Source of the DNA: Ancylonema sp.
Lineage: Eukaryota
Reading direction: 5' to 3'
DNA: 64,000 nucleotides
Assembly: GCA_050230475.1 (NCBI GenBank)
Contig: JBFLGF010000185.1
Span: forward strand, 1 to 64,000
Part shown: in pieces, positions 1 through 14,460 of the stretch
Numbering within the stretch: the stretch's first letter is position 1
How the letters are laid out: each line of letters starts with the position of its first letter
The notes under the pieces: generated by a model
Told to the model about the DNA's origin: nothing
What the model saw: only the letters and a program-made list of their open reading frames with translations
Database searches by the model: none
Translations under genes and position numbers: made by a program

Positions 1-2220
1 TGAGACTGACAGCTCAGCGCGGATCGAGCGCCTCGCTGGCAGCTTCGAGGCGGCGGAGGAAGTGCGACCCGACCTCCACATGGAGACCATCCTGGGGCAG
101 GCGGATGGGGACGCGTTCGTGAAGGTGCACGGGAAGTACGCATCCACGTATTTCACGCAACTGCGGGCGCTCACCAAGCGATCGCTGTGGCAAGTCACCA
201 GAGACCGCTTGCCTTCCATCATCGGCATCGTCCAGGTCAGCACACTCGCAAACCCACCCTGCCCCCTCCCCCGTCCCCACTCCCCCCTCCCTGCATCCCT
301 TATGGCCTTCCTAACGACATCCCTTATGGTGGTGCGGTGCAGGCGTTGGTGATGATGGCGGTGATCAGCGTGCTGTACTCGGGCGTGGGCAACAGCCAGC
401 GGGGCATCCAGGATCGGGAAGGGGTGCTCTTCTTCGTCGCCATCTTCTTCGGATTCAACGGAATCTTCCAGGTAAACCCCCCACCCCCACCCCCACCCCC
501 CCAGCCCCCCCACCCTCTTAGCCTTCCCCAGCCTCCCCCACCCCCTCCCTGGTCGACCAGATGATCACCACGTTCCCGATGGAGAGGGGGATCATCAACC
601 GCGAGCGTGCCTCGAACAGCTACCGGGTGCTGGCGTACTACCCGGGGAAAGTGATCAGCGAGTGGCCCTTCCGCGCCCTCCCCGTGGTGCTGTTCGTGGC
701 CACCACCTACTGGCCCGTCAACTTCCAGAGGGACGCGGGGAAGTTCTTTCTGTTTCTGCTGGTGGGGTTGCTGGAGTTCACGGCGATGAGTGCGTGCGGA
801 CTCATGGTGGGTTCTGGGGCAGGGGAGGGGGAGGCTAGACACGGGTATCGGGTATGATATTCCGTTACCCAGTCAGTGGGTTGCCCTATTTTCCATCTTT
901 ATTTGGTGCAGGGAACCCAAATATCCGTAGAAACCCTTGTTCAAATCTGGGTATGCGAATTGGATGCTTTCACATGTAGTAACGGATCATACCTTTTGGG
1001 CTGACACCCGGGAATCGGGTACCCGATGGGAAAATGGATATGAGACGGGAGCCTGGGAGATTAACACGTGTCCTTCTGAGTGGTGCCAGGTGGCATCCAT
1101 AGCACCCACCCCCCAGACCGCGTTGGCGTTGGGCCCGCTCTGCACGGTTGTATTTATGCTTTTTGGGGGGTTCTATGTGAATCTGAACACCATCCCCGTG
1201 TGGATCCGGTGGTTTTCCAACTGCTCTCCCATCAAGTGGGGCTTCATCGGGCTGGCGGTCAACGAGTTTGAAGGTGGGGTTGACTAGTGACATTGTAGTG
1301 CGCACACGTGAATTATTTTGAGGCGGTTCGGGAGGCTACGATCAGATGTTGGGGGGGATGTGCGGGTTTGTGCTCACGTGGCGACGTGCAAAATAGAAAA
1401 ACATCATGTGAGATAAAAAGGTTTTAAAAGTACAGAGCAAGAGGGGCGTAGTACGGCCGTTCTTTGTGGTTGTTCGCGTGTAACAAGTGACATTCAAATT
1501 CTTTTTGAATTATTGTGATGATTACATGTTGTAAAGCTGAAGTCCATTGGAGTAAAGACTGCTGTTTACTACATACAAATATTGTCAAAATATTTATTCT
1601 CATTATTATTATTATTAATATTATTTTCAAATAAAATGTTAAAATATTTAGGACACGAATTTCAGAATGTGCAAATCATTGATTTGTATTTTTGCCACTT
1701 TGGCACAATGGCACAATAGGCACCACCTTCACATGCACCGCCACCGACTCCAGCTGCCTTCGATCTGGAGATCAAGTTTTGGAGCGCCTCTCCATCAGCC
1801 ACTACACAGTGAGCCACCATCCGAAGCTTTGTTGTAACAATCTCCCGCAACAAGATTTCGTTGTAAATAATCAATCGAAGACTTGAGTTTTGCGACAAAT
1901 TTCTATCAATCCACACACGCATGTGTATGAATTCATGTATTTATTCATATATTAATTTTCATATATTTACATGTTTCAACAGAAGTCCACATACTTATAT
2001 ACTCATGGTTGTATTACAATGTTTGGCTCCCCTTTTTGCGCAGGTATGGGAAGCCATCGGTTACCAATGCTGCGTCATCGTTGCTCTGCATTGCATCGCG
2101 TGTTTCGCTCTGAAGCGCAATGGGCCCAAAATCCAATCTCTCTCCAAAATGAAGTCAAAATCGAAGGCGAAGGATGCCGCCCCCCCCCAAGCTCAAGGTC
2201 CTCAAGCTTCCATGATCTAA
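1..2220 (+). CDS. ABCG (White/WBC) half-transporter, 3' part, version A (5' end outside window)
   Basis: GT-AG exons <1-235, 343-471, 561-806, 1090-1273, 1720-1808, 2044-2220 splice to ABC2 membrane-domain motifs ([60 protein letters not shown]). Stop TAA at 2218-2220. Confidence 0.9.
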
Positions 2221-3452
2221 TATTCGGATTCGAGGAGTCGCAGTATGGAAATGATGTGATGGCGACCCTCGTTGTAGGCGTGGAATGTGAGTGTAGGAGA
2301 AGGAGTTGCTTAAACCAAAAAGTCGGTACAAGCGTATATCGTGGAAAATGTAGATAGTGTTGTAGCACTAACTCACGATTCGCGTACCAAGGGTATCAAA
2401 TCGAGAACATTGTGTCGCTTAAGGTAATAATAGTTGGGATGATTGGAGTAGGTCGGCTAGGTAGGAATGTTGGACTCATTGGAGGCGCAATTCGTTTTAA
2501 TGGGTCACTTAATTCTTGCATCGAAGGCATTTGAAAAGTATTGGATTAATTCTGTACCTTCATGTTTCACATTTCATATTTCACATTTGCGCATGCATAG
2601 ACCTGATGCCATATTCGTATCCACCTACAAAACATGTCAAATGGCGTGGCAAATCGGTGATGGAGCCATGTGACAACCAGTAGCACCGCGGCGATTTCTT
2701 TCTCTTATGATGCTAAGCCAACTTTCGGGCATTTATTTTTCCTATTCACATGTATACACAAAATAATCTCCACATCTACCCTAAGAGAAACTATTTTTTT
2801 TAAGGTGCAAAGTGATTTGCACCCTAACCACGCTTCCTCAAAAAATTATGATACGCAAATATTGAATTTTGGAGCTAGCACATGAAAAGCGGACCATGTA
2901 GAGGCAAATCTTGATTCTCAACGAGACAATTCTCGAAGCATTTCGACTCCATTTTAAGACTTCCTCAAGTGCGCATTTTCCCCTCGACCAATTGCACCAT
3001 TGTTATTGTCCACATGTTAGCAATATACAATCCCCTTCATATTTAATCACCACTCTTTTGTGATCATCTAATACCCCTCTTAGCAAAAGACCTCTCACAA
3101 ATTGAGAACTAGTTTTCCCCTCGCTCTCTACCTCATGTTGATGATTCACATCATCAACTTCACTAGCAATCCGTCAGTCCAATGCTATGCATTGCTCTTT
3201 CCCATGTATGCATTATCATTATCTCCATGTATTATCATCAAACTGATGTTTGTCATGACAATAACAAAGTTGTTCATCTCAAAGTTTCTAAGACGAGTGG
3301 CAGACATGCACACATGGAGGGAAGGATATTGCTTGTAGCACAATCGTGACGTCTCCTGACATTTCAAATGACGTCACTAACATTATAACTAGCATGAACT
3401 CCAAATTTCGATACTCTAAACTACCCGTCCACGTGTCGCCGCCTCCTTCCAC

Positions 3453-4495
3453 CTAGACATACGCCGTGTACTTTTTAGACGACCCGCGACACTTGTCCAC
3501 GGGGTATTTAGCCCTCTTCTTCTCAAACTTATTCATAACAGCTGTCGACAGATCCACCCCGCACACATCCGCCAAACGTACTAAGTACAAAAGAACGTCA
3601 GATATCTCCTCCCCCAGGTGATGCTTCTCCGAGGGGGACCAATCAGGGAGTTGGGGAGGCACTTCGCTCCTCCATTGGAAGATCTCCGACAACTCCCCGA
3701 CTTCCCCTACCTGCATCGACATAGAATCCCGTTATAAACATCCAGATTCGATACATTGATATCATACGTTGTCATTGTGCCCCTTCCATACTGCCCAGAT
3801 GGTACATTTGCATTGCTGAACTTTTTGGCCCCCGGAATCAAGGGCAGGGATGAGAAGATAGCAGTCTGAAAATGTTGCAGTTGTTGCGGGGGCTCTGGTG
3901 TGGTTGACACCCATTGGTTTGATGAGGTATGACTTTTCTCAACTCCCCTCGTATTGAGAGCGGTCAACACCAAATGGATCGTTTCATAATTAAAGTGCGG
4001 ATGTATCTACCGGTATAGCAAGGGCAATGAGTGCTCCAAGATGTTTTCTGTGATAAGGGAGGGGTGGGATACGGGAAGGGTCGGGTGGATTTGACTTTTA
4101 GGGCGAATGTAGAGAGGCCACATTGGGGAAGGGTGATAGAGATTCGTAACATTATCATTACCATTATCTCAAATAATGGCTGATCCTGATTTCATCAAAG
4201 CCCTTTGACTCAGCTTTTCGGAGGGAGGGGTAAGAGCAATTACCAGAGCGAGCACTAAATTTCGCGGAGTGTGAAATTGGTTCCAGTCCCTTTCAGCGGC
4301 GAAAGTGGCTTGCATGGCGCAAAGCCTTTCCAACGTCAACTTCTCTTGATTCAACTCCGCAGACGAGGCAGCAAATTCCAGTGCCGTTCGGCACGAGCGG
4401 GAGTCATCCCGTGATTCACCCGCACTTCCAGGTGTTCTGAATTCTGAGTCGTCGTTTGCAGCGGCGCAGTCTAGCTTACTCTCGCTCATCTCCAT
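3453..4495 (-). CDS. DCTPP1: dCTP pyrophosphatase 1-like (MazG/all-alpha NTP-PPase), version A, open reading frame intact
   Basis: Exons 4495-4244 and 3710-3453 give FAAERDWNQFHTPRNLVLAL|VGEVGELSEIFQW...EEISDVLLYLVRLADVCGVDL...KYPVDKCRGSSKKY. Confidence 0.9.
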
Positions 4496-4836
4496 GCGAG
4501 TCACGACACTGGCTTTGAAATCGATCGTTCTGGCCTTATGTACAGGCAATGCATGAAACCGTCGTGGGCCCGTAGTCTCAAGAAATCTCAACGACCTCAG
4601 GAAGTTTGCATATTACGATTGCCGAGCATGGAAGAGACTGGCGTAATTTAGCACACAGAAAAAGCGAACTACGCCGTGTTAGCTCGACTAGAGGTGGCGA
4701 GGAAGGAGGAGGCAGGCGTCTTTTTAAGCACCCAAAAAGTGATTTACGGAGTACACGGCAATACCGCATTTGCTGTCGGAGTCACTAATATTATAAGCTC
4801 TGCATCGTTCTCCATTCAATCTGTCCGTGATCTCCA

Positions 4837-7684
4837 TATGATTCGCCTAACCCCTCTCCGTGCAGTCACCGTTGAAAGTGAAAGTTTTTTCTTCAGTCGG
4901 TATGTAAACTCTGAATGCTGCACATTAATATGTGCAGCACTGTCAACTCCTGGCCACCACTCCTGGCCTCTCCCTTTCTTTTTGTGATTTTTGTTTTTGT
5001 TTTTTTTGTTTGTATGTTAATTGTATGTTGATTTGTGTTTATCTATTTGTGCTCTGCGGGTCTTTTAAGTTTTCCTTTGTTTGGTTGCTTTTGTCACCCC
5101 CCCTGTTTATTTATCCGTGTACTTGTACTTGTATCATAGAAATATACAACGAAAAATAGACCCCCTTCTCTTCGTTTTGCCAGTGTCACCTTCACAGTCT
5201 CCAGCAATTGAGTGACATCGGCCCTCATCTCCCACTCGAATCACAAAAAATAAACGACTCCTCCGACCCACAAACTCCTCATTTCCGCCCCATGTCTCCT
5301 CACCTTTGTCCCGCCCACCCACCCCACCCGCTCCCCCTCCCCCCATCCCTGAACCCCCCCACCCAGGTTCGGGTAAGACCTCCCTCCTCAACATCCTCGC
5401 CGCCCGAGTGGACGAGGCCTCCTCCACCCGGTTAACCGGCCAAGTCCTCGTCAACGGGCAGGAGCGGGGCTCCACCTTTCGCCGCATCTCCGCTTACGTG
5501 ATGCAGGACGACATCCTCTTCTCCACCCTAACCGTGTGGGAGACTCTGGTCACTGCCGCCCAGCTGCGCCTACCCTCAGCCATCCCTTTGCCCAAAAAAC
5601 TGGAATTGGTGGAATCCATAATCTCCGAACTCGGTAGGGGGGAGGGGGGGAGGTGATTTTGCTAGCACTAGTTTATGGGGGGAGGGTGGGAGTCGTATAT
5701 GCTTCTGTGAGGATCGTGGGGAGATGATGCAAATATGTCAGGTGGAAATGATGCCACGGACATATGCATGCAGTCCTTATGGCATGTATGCCGCCCTTAG
5801 GGCATGTGGAGGGTTGAGCAAGGCGAGAAACACTCCCATTGGCAGCTCAATGATGAGGGGGGTGAGCGGAGGGGAGAGGAAGAGGACGAACATCGCCATC
5901 GAAATGCTGTCAAACCCCTCTCTTGTGTTCCTCGGTAGACGAACCACACCCCCCTGAACTGATATTAACATACCAACCCTTTCCTATCCGAATTCCCAAA
6001 CCGTCGCCTCTCCAACCCGTATGCAAATGAATGCTGCACACAGTTGACACGTGTTGCCATGTCGCATCTTGCCATCCATCTTCTTCTCCTCCTTCTTCTT
6101 CTCCTCCAATCTTTTTCTTCTTTTGATTTTCTTTTCTAAACCAGTTTGAAATCGACATTTTTCATTTCAAATTTCAAGTTTCTCGGAGGCTTACGGGACA
6201 TTGATATAGTGCATGCATATTCCCCCCATTTCCCCCTCAATCGCATGGACTCACCCTCGTACCACCCCCCCCCCCCCCTCTTCTCAGATGAGCCCACCTC
6301 TGGCCTAGATAGTTTCCAAGCCCTGAACGTGATGAGCACAATGGCAGACCTCGCGTACAGCGGTCGAACCATCATCTCCACCATCCACCAACCCCGATCC
6401 TCCATCTACGCTCTGGTGTGTGTCGCACCCTTACCCCTCGGGTTGTTAATGTTACATGTTACGGAGCGTACATGTGATTTGCAAATGTTATTTTGTAACC
6501 TTTACGCAACATTGTGGGAGCCAGTTGACTTTATTCGGGAACCACGTATTATTCGCAGTAATTTTTACACCTGGATGGGGAATCGCGTACTGTTAATAAC
6601 CCTACTTACCCCCACCCCCACCCCCCGCCTCTTCTCCCATCCTGAAAAACCACTCCTTCCCCAACCCCCCCCCCCCCCTCCTTTCAGTTTGAGACCCTGG
6701 TTCTTTTGAGTGAAGGACGTATGCTGTACTTTGGGAAAGCTTCAGAGGCAGTGAAATATTTCGAGACGAGAGGGTTCTGCTGCCCCTCCCAGTTCAACCC
6801 AGGTGAGGCCAATCTGCCACCCAAAAAAAAACAGCTAAAAAAAAATCAAAACCCCAAATAAGAATCCCAAAATGATCCCGAAATCAAATCCCCCAAAACA
6901 CCCAAATTTCACATTTCCCCCACCCCTGACACCTCCTGGCGTTCCGCCCCTCTGCCACTTGTCAGCTGACTACTTCATGGACGTGATCTCTTTTGGACCG
7001 ACGCGACGAGGCGCGTGAGACTGACAGCTCAGCGCGGATCGAGCGCCTCGCTGGCAGCTTCGAGGCGGCGGAGGAAGTGCGACCCGACCTCCACATGGAG
7101 ACCATCCTGGGGCAGGCGGATGGGGACGCGTTCGTGAAGGTGCACGGGAAGTACGCATCCACGTATTTCACGCAACTGCGGGCGCTCACCAAGCGATCGC
7201 TGTGGCAAGTCACCAGAGACCGCTTGCCTTCCATCATCGGCATCGTCCAGGTCAGCACACTCGCAAACCCACCCTGCCCCCTCCCCCGTCCCCACTCCCC
7301 CCTCCCTGCATCCCTTATGGCCTTCCTAACGACATCCCTTATGGTGGTGCGGTGCAGGCGTTGGTGATGATGGCGGTGATCAGCGTGCTGTACTCGGGCG
7401 TGGGCAACAGCCAGCGGGGCATCCAGGATCGGGAAGGGGTGCTCTTCTTCGTCGCCATCTTCTTCGGATTCAACGGAATCTTCCAGGTAAACCCCCCACC
7501 CCCACCCCCACCCCCCCAGCCCCCCCACCCTCTTAGCCTTCCCCAGCCTCCCCCACCCCCTCCCTGGTCGACCAGATGATCACCACGTTCCCGATGGAGA
7601 GGGGGATCATCAACCGCGAGCGTGCCTCGAACAGCTACCGGGTGCTGGCGTACTACCCGGGGAAAGTGATCAGCGAGTGGCCCT
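4837..7684 (+). pseudogene. Internal ABCG fragment, near-identical copy of 8186-11032, lacking 5' and 3' ends
   Basis: Contains the GSGKTSLL half of Walker A, signature VSGGERKR, Walker [12 protein letters not shown] and H-loop TIHQP. Starts inside an intron at 4837 and stops mid-exon at 7684. An extra T near 6990 shifts the frame. Confidence 0.75.
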
Positions 7685-7877
7685 CATGCCGAAAGCGGTG
7701 ACCCCCGGGTCTTATGATGTTTTTGAAGCCGTTTGCAGCGTAGCTTTGATATGATATCGCCGTAAGATATGCCGTAAGAGGTGCTGTGAAATTTAAGGCA
7801 ATCAAATTTGCGCACTTCGTCTCTCTTCTGTTTCAATTTGATGATATTAATACAATGCGACCGATACTGCTCCCAGG

Positions 7878-10800
7878 ACCATCATCCCATTGCGCCCATC
7901 TACGCGCCGAGCCTGTTCGTACCCGTGCCATCCACCGCTCTCATTTCTGTAACATCAACCACATCCATCCCCCGCATGTGTGCAGGCCGCGGCTCAGGCT
8001 GGAGGTTCCATGTTCACTCCCGTTTCGCTCGCCTTCATCGACCTCAACTACGCGATCACCGTGGGGCGCGGCAAGGCGAAAAGTGAGAAGACCGTCATCG
8101 ACAACGTGAGCGGATACGTGAAGCAGGGGTCGTTCGTGGCCATCATGGGACCCAGCGGTAATGAATGGGGTTATTACCCCTCTCTTATGATTCGCCTAAC
8201 CCCTCTCCGTGCAGTCACCGTTGAAAGTGAAAGTTTTTTCTTCAGTCGGTATGTAAACTCTGAATGCTGCACATTAATATGTGCAGCACTGTCAACTCCT
8301 GGCCACCACTCCTGGCCTCTCCCTTTCTTTTTGTGATTTTTGTTTTTGTTTTTTTTGTTTGTATGTTAATTGTATGTTGATTTGTGTTTATCTATTTGTG
8401 CTCTGCGGGTCTTTTAAGTTTTCCTTTGTTTGGTTGCTTTTGTCACCCCCCCTGTTTATTTATCCGTGTACTTGTACTTGTATCATAGAAATATACAACG
8501 AAAAATAGACCCCCTTCTCTTCGTTTTGCCAGTGTCACCTTCACAGTCTCCAGCAATTGAGTGACATCGGCCCTCATCTCCCACTCGAATCACAAAAAAT
8601 AAACGACTCCTCCGACCCACAAACTCCTCATTTCCGCCCCATGTCTCCTCACCTTTGTCCCGCCCACCCACCCCACCCGCTCCCCCTCCCCCCATCCCTG
8701 AACCCCCCCACCCAGGTTCGGGTAAGACCTCCCTCCTCAACATCCTCGCCGCCCGAGTGGACGAGGCCTCCTCCACCCGGTTAACCGGCCAAGTCCTCGT
8801 CAACGGGCAGGAGCGGGGCTCCACCTTTCGCCGCATCTCCGCTTACGTGATGCAGGACGACATCCTCTTCTCCACCCTAACCGTGTGGGAGACTCTGGTC
8901 ACTGCCGCCCAGCTGCGCCTACCCTCAGCCATCCCTTTGCCCAAAAAACTGAATTGGTGGAATCCATAATCTCCGAACTCGGTAGGGGGGAGGGGGGGAG
9001 GTGATTTTGCTAGCACTAGTTTATGGGGGGAGGGTGGGAGTCGTATATGCTTCTGTGAGGATCGTGGGGAGATGATGCAAATATGTCAGGTGGAAATGAT
9101 GCCACGGACATATGCATGCAGTCCTTATGGCATGTATGCCGCCCTTAGGGCATGTGGAGGGTTGAGCAAGGCGAGAAACACTCCCATTGGCAGCTCAATG
9201 ATGAGGGGGGTGAGCGGAGGGGAGAGGAAGAGGACGAACATCGCCATCGAAATGCTGTCAAACCCCTCTCTTGTGTTCCTCGGTAGACGAACCACACCCC
9301 CCTGAACTGATATTAACATACCAACCCTTTCCTATCCGAATTCCCAAACCGTCGCCTCTCCAACCCGTATGCAAATGAATGCTGCACACAGTTGACACGT
9401 GTTGCCATGTCGCATCTTGCCATCCATCTTCTTCTCCTCCTTCTTCTTCTCCTCCAATCTTTTTCTTCTTTTGATTTTCTTTTCTAAACCAGTTTGAAAT
9501 CGACATTTTTCATTTCAAATTTCAAGTTTCTCGGAGGCTTACGGGACATTGATATAGTGCATGCATATTCCCCCCATTTCCCCCTCAATCGCATGGACTC
9601 ACCCTCGTACCACCCCCCCCCCCCCCTCTTCTCAGATGAGCCCACCTCTGGCCTAGATAGTTTCCAAGCCCTGAACGTGATGAGCACAATGGCAGACCTC
9701 GCGTACAGCGGTCGAACCATCATCTCCACCATCCACCAACCCCGATCCTCCATCTACGCTCTGGTGTGTGTCGCACCCTTACCCCTCGGGTTGTTAATGT
9801 TACATGTTACGGAGCGTACATGTGATTTGCAAATGTTATTTTGTAACCTTTACGCAACATTGTGGGAGCCAGTTGACTTTATTCGGGAACCACGTATTAT
9901 TCGCAGTAATTTTTACACCTGGATGGGGAATCGCGTACTGTTAATAACCCTACTTACCCCCACCCCCACCCCCCGCCTCTTCTCCCATCCTGAAAACCAC
10001 TCCTTCCCCAACCCCCCCCCCCCCCCTCCTTTCAGTTTGAGACCCTGGTTCTTTTGAGTGAAGGACGTATGCTGTACTTTGGGAAAGCTTCAGAGGCAGT
10101 GAAATATTTCGAGACGAGAGGGTTCTGCTGCCCCTCCCAGTTCAACCCAGGTGAGGCCAATCTGCCACCCAAAAAAAAACAGCTAAAAAAAAATCAAAAC
10201 CCCAAATAAGAATCCCAAAATGATCCCGAAATCAAAATCCCCCAAAACACCCAAATTTCACATTTCCCCCACCCCTGACACCTCCTGGCGTTCCGCCCCT
10301 CTGCCACTTGTCAGCTGACTACTTCATGGACGTGATCTCTTTGGACCGACGCGACGAGGCGCGTGAGACTGACAGCTCAGCGCGGATCGAGCGCCTCGCT
10401 GGCAGCTTCGAGGCGGCGGAGGAAGTGCGACCCGACCTCCACATGGAGACCATCCTGGGGCAGGCGGATGGGGACGCGTTCGTGAAGGTGCACGGGAAGT
10501 ACGCATCCACGTATTTCACGCAACTGCGGGCGCTCACCAAGCGATCGCTGTGGCAAGTCACCAGAGACCGCTTGCCTTCCATCATCGGCATCGTCCAGGT
10601 CAGCACACTCGCAAACCCACCCTGCCCCCTCCCCCGTCCCCACTCCCCCCTCCCTGCATCCCTTATGGCCTTCCTAACGACATCCCTTATGGTGGTGCGG
10701 TGCAGGCGTTGGTGATGATGGCGGTGATCAGCGTGCTGTACTCGGGCGTGGGCAACAGCCAGCGGGGCATCCAGGATCGGGAAGGGGTGCTCTTCTTCGT

Positions 10801-12554
10801 CGCCATCTTCTTCGGATTCAACGGAATCTTCCAGGTAAACCCCCCACCCCCACCCCCACCCCCCCAGCCCCCCCACCCTCTTAGCCTTCCCCAGCCTCCC
10901 CCACCCCCTCCCTGGTCGACCAGATGATCACCACGTTCCCGATGGAGAGGGGGATCATCAACCGCGAGCGTGCCTCGAACAGCTACCGGGTGCTGGCGTA
11001 CTACCCGGGGAAAGTGATCAGCGAGTGGCCCTTCCGCGCCTTCCCCGTGGCGCTCTTCGTGGTCATCACCTATTGGCCCGTCAATTTCCAGAGGGACACG
11101 GGGAAGTTCTTTCTGTTTCTGCTAGTGGGGTTGCTGGAGTTTTCGGCGATGAGCGCGTGCGGACTCGTGGTGGGTTGGTGCACGATTCCGGGGCGGGGGG
11201 GGGGGGGGAGGGTTAGACACGGGTATCGGATACGCTTTTCCGTCACCCAGGTAGTGGGTTGCTTCATTTTCTAGTGATCTCATTTTCCATCCTTGTTTGG
11301 TGCACGAAACCCAAATATCCGTATAAACCCTTAAATGTTCAAATCTGGGTATGCGAATCGGATGCTTTCATCCGTAGTAACGGATCATACGTTTTGGGCT
11401 GACACCTGGGTATCGGGTACCCGATCGGACAATGGATATGCGACGGGAGCCTGGGATATTGACACGTGTCCTTCTGAGTGGTGCCAGATGGCGTCCATAG
11501 CGCCCACCCCCCAGACCGCGGTGGCGTTGGGCCCACTAGCCACGGTTGTGTTTATGCTTTTTGGGGGGTTTTATGTGAATCTGAACACCATCCCTGTGTG
11601 GATCCGGTGGTTTTCCAACTGCTCCCCCATCAAGTGGGGCTTCATCGGGCTGGCGGTCAACGAGTTCTCAGGTGGGGTTGACTTTTTACATTGTAGTGCG
11701 AACACGTGAATTAATTTCGGACGGTTTGGGAAATCACGATCAGATGTTGGGGGAAAAGTGCGGGTTTGTGCTCACGTGGCGACTTGTAAAATAGCAAAAT
11801 ATTATGTGAGATAAAATGTATCAAAATATCGTGTGATAAAAAGGGATCAAAACTATCGAGCAAGAGGGGCGTCGTATGGCCTTTCTTTGTAGTTGTTCGC
11901 GTATAAAACGTGACGTATCCTTTTTTAATTATTGTAATGATTACACATTGTAAAGCATAAGTCCATTGGAATGAAAAATGAGGTGTCTGTTGCTGTTTAC
12001 TTTGAAACATTAAGAACACAAATTTCAAAATATGCAAATTATTGATTGTGTTTTTCACACTTTGGCACAATAGGCACCACCTTTACATGCACCGCCACCG
12101 ACTCCACCTGCCTTCAATCCGGAGATCAAGTTTTGGAGCGCCTATCCATCAGCCACTACACAGTGAGCCACCATCCGAAGCTTTGTTATGATTATCTCCT
12201 GCAACAAGATTTCGTTGTAAACGAGCAGTCGAAGACTCGAGTTTTGCGTCATGCACCAACCCACACGCGCATGTATATGGTTGTATTTATTTTCACATAT
12301 TCACATGTTTCAACATAAGTCTGTATACTTATATACTCATGTTTATATTACAATGTTTGGCTCCCCTTTTGGCGCAGGTATGGGAAGCCATCGGTTACCA
12401 ATGCTGCGTCATCGTTGCTCTGCACTGCATTGCGTGTTTCGCTCTGAAGCGCAACGGGCCCAAAATCCAATCTCTCTCCAAAATGAAGTTGAAATCGAAG
12501 GCAAAGGGTGCCACCCCCCCCCCAGCTCAAGTTGCTCAAACTTCCGCAATCTAA
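7878..12554 (+). CDS. ABCG half-transporter, most complete copy (3' part is version B); true start exon uncertain; 1-bp frameshift near 8950
   Basis: NBD ([44 protein letters not shown]) followed by membrane-domain exons ending TAA at 12552-12554. 'aaaaaactgaatt' at ~8945 lacks a G present at ~5600. Confidence 0.85.
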
Positions 12555-13353
12555 TTTTCAGATTCGGAAAGTCACAATATGGGAATGGTGTGATGGCGAC
12601 CCTCGTTTTAGGCGTGGAATGTGAGTGTAGGAAAACGAGTTACTTGAACCGAAGAAGTTAGTACAAGCGTATATCGTGAAAAAAACAGACAGTGTTGTAG
12701 CACTAAATCATGATTCGCGTATTAAGGGTATCAAATCGAGAACATTGTGTCGCTTAATGTAATAACAATTGGGAGGATTGGAGTAGGTCGGCTTGGTAGG
12801 AATGTTGGACTCGTGGTAGGCGCAATCTGTCTTAATGTGTCACTTAATTCTTGTATCTTTTGAATATTTCCATTGGAGACAAGTGAAAAGTATTAAGGTT
12901 AATTTTGTACCTTCATGTTTCACATTTCACATTTCACATTTGCGCATGCATAGACCTGAATTCATCTTCGTATCCACCTACAAGACATGTCGAATGACGT
13001 GGCAAATCGGTGATTGAACCACGTTACAACTAGTAGTACCGCCGTGATTTCTCTCTCTTACCATGCCAAGCCTACTTTCAACTGTCTATTTGTCCCATTC
13101 ACATGTAAACACAAAATAATCTTCACATCTAGCCTCCCTATGAGAAACAAAATTTTATTTTGTACAAAGTGATTTGCACCCCAACTACACTCCTTAAAAA
13201 AACATCGATACGCAAACATGAGAGTTTGGAGCAAGCGCATCAAAAGCGGATCGTGTAGAGGCAGATCTTGATCACCATCGAGACAATCCTCGAAGCATGT
13301 CGGCTCCATTTTAAGGCATCCGAAGGTGCGATTTTTTTTCTACACCTATTGCA

Positions 13354-14460
13354 GTGTCGGAAAATAATCGATCGTGTGCCCATATGGTGATTTATTGGGG
13401 TGAACGGGTGAATATGCTTATACGCTGGAATGGTGCAGGTGCGGGTATTTGCATTTTTTATCCATCAAGTTGTGGTTGGATAGTAAGTATCGCATGATAC
13501 CCTCCATTGTGCAACGATAGGATAGCAAGTGTCGCACGACAGCTACCATCGAGTTGCAAATAGAATGCAAGTATCGCACGGTACCCTCAATCAATGTTTG
13601 ACACGTATAGGTACTTCACAAATGATGGTTCGATAGGAACGGCATGATTGTTCCGCCACCTACGGCACCATAGTCGGCGCTAAGGGCGGACTATACTATC
13701 AGCTGCTTAGCAAGGCGGCTGTTGGGATCACATACAATTTCCATAGTTAGTGCCTAGCAATATTCACACCACGTTAAAGGCACCGTAAGTTAGTGATAGT
13801 TTGCCAGATCATGACAAGACGCAAAAGGTGGATTCGTGACTTATCTGTATAGTGGTCAGTAGCTGCCAGCATCCAGCCCTACTATTGCCGCAAACGATTG
13901 TGGACGAATAGGTAGCTCCGTAGCTACAAGCATGTAGAGATCTCTGGACACTAAACATAGTGTAATCTTTGTTATCAGACCTTAATAGGTCTTCTCACAC
14001 CTCCCGAACCACTGAACAAATTACCCCAAATCCTTAGGTAATTTGTATTTGAGTTCGGCTTGCTTTCAGCTTGTGTAAATTTGGTCCATAAGCATTTTGA
14101 GTTTGATTGCGTATCGGTTGATTGAGTCAACTGAAGTATCGATTGATTGAGTATTGCCCGTTTATACACCTTACAAGCGTCGGGCACTTAAAATCCAGGC
14201 CGAAGGCAAAGCCTTGCCATAGGTAGACTAGAAAATATTATTTGCCATGATGTGTACTTGTGTGATGTGTTTGCAATGGTTTATAGTATCGCGCACGTGT
14301 GTGTTGCGGACCTCGACTAGGGCATGACTCTATGTGGATACCTCTATGTGAAGAGAGAGAACGTAATTCGTATGTGTGAAGTTCATACTTCAACGATGTT
14401 CGTTATAAACAAATAAATCGCACGTGAGAATATGATACGATGCTAGATGGCACGATAGCA
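13354..14460. mobile_element. ~1.1 kb insertion present in version B only (possible solo LTR or non-autonomous element)
   Basis: Version A reads attgca-ccattgttat (2991-3006) without interruption. Version B has attgca-[13354-14460]-tcattgttat. The insert begins gTGTCGG and ends ...TAGCA; no clean TSD seen. Confidence 0.5.

Noticed and set aside
8940..8960. Programmed frameshifts in ABCG/GT copies (also ~6990, ~46493)
   Set aside because: Single-base indels in or next to short homopolymers, absent from sister copies; typical consensus errors.
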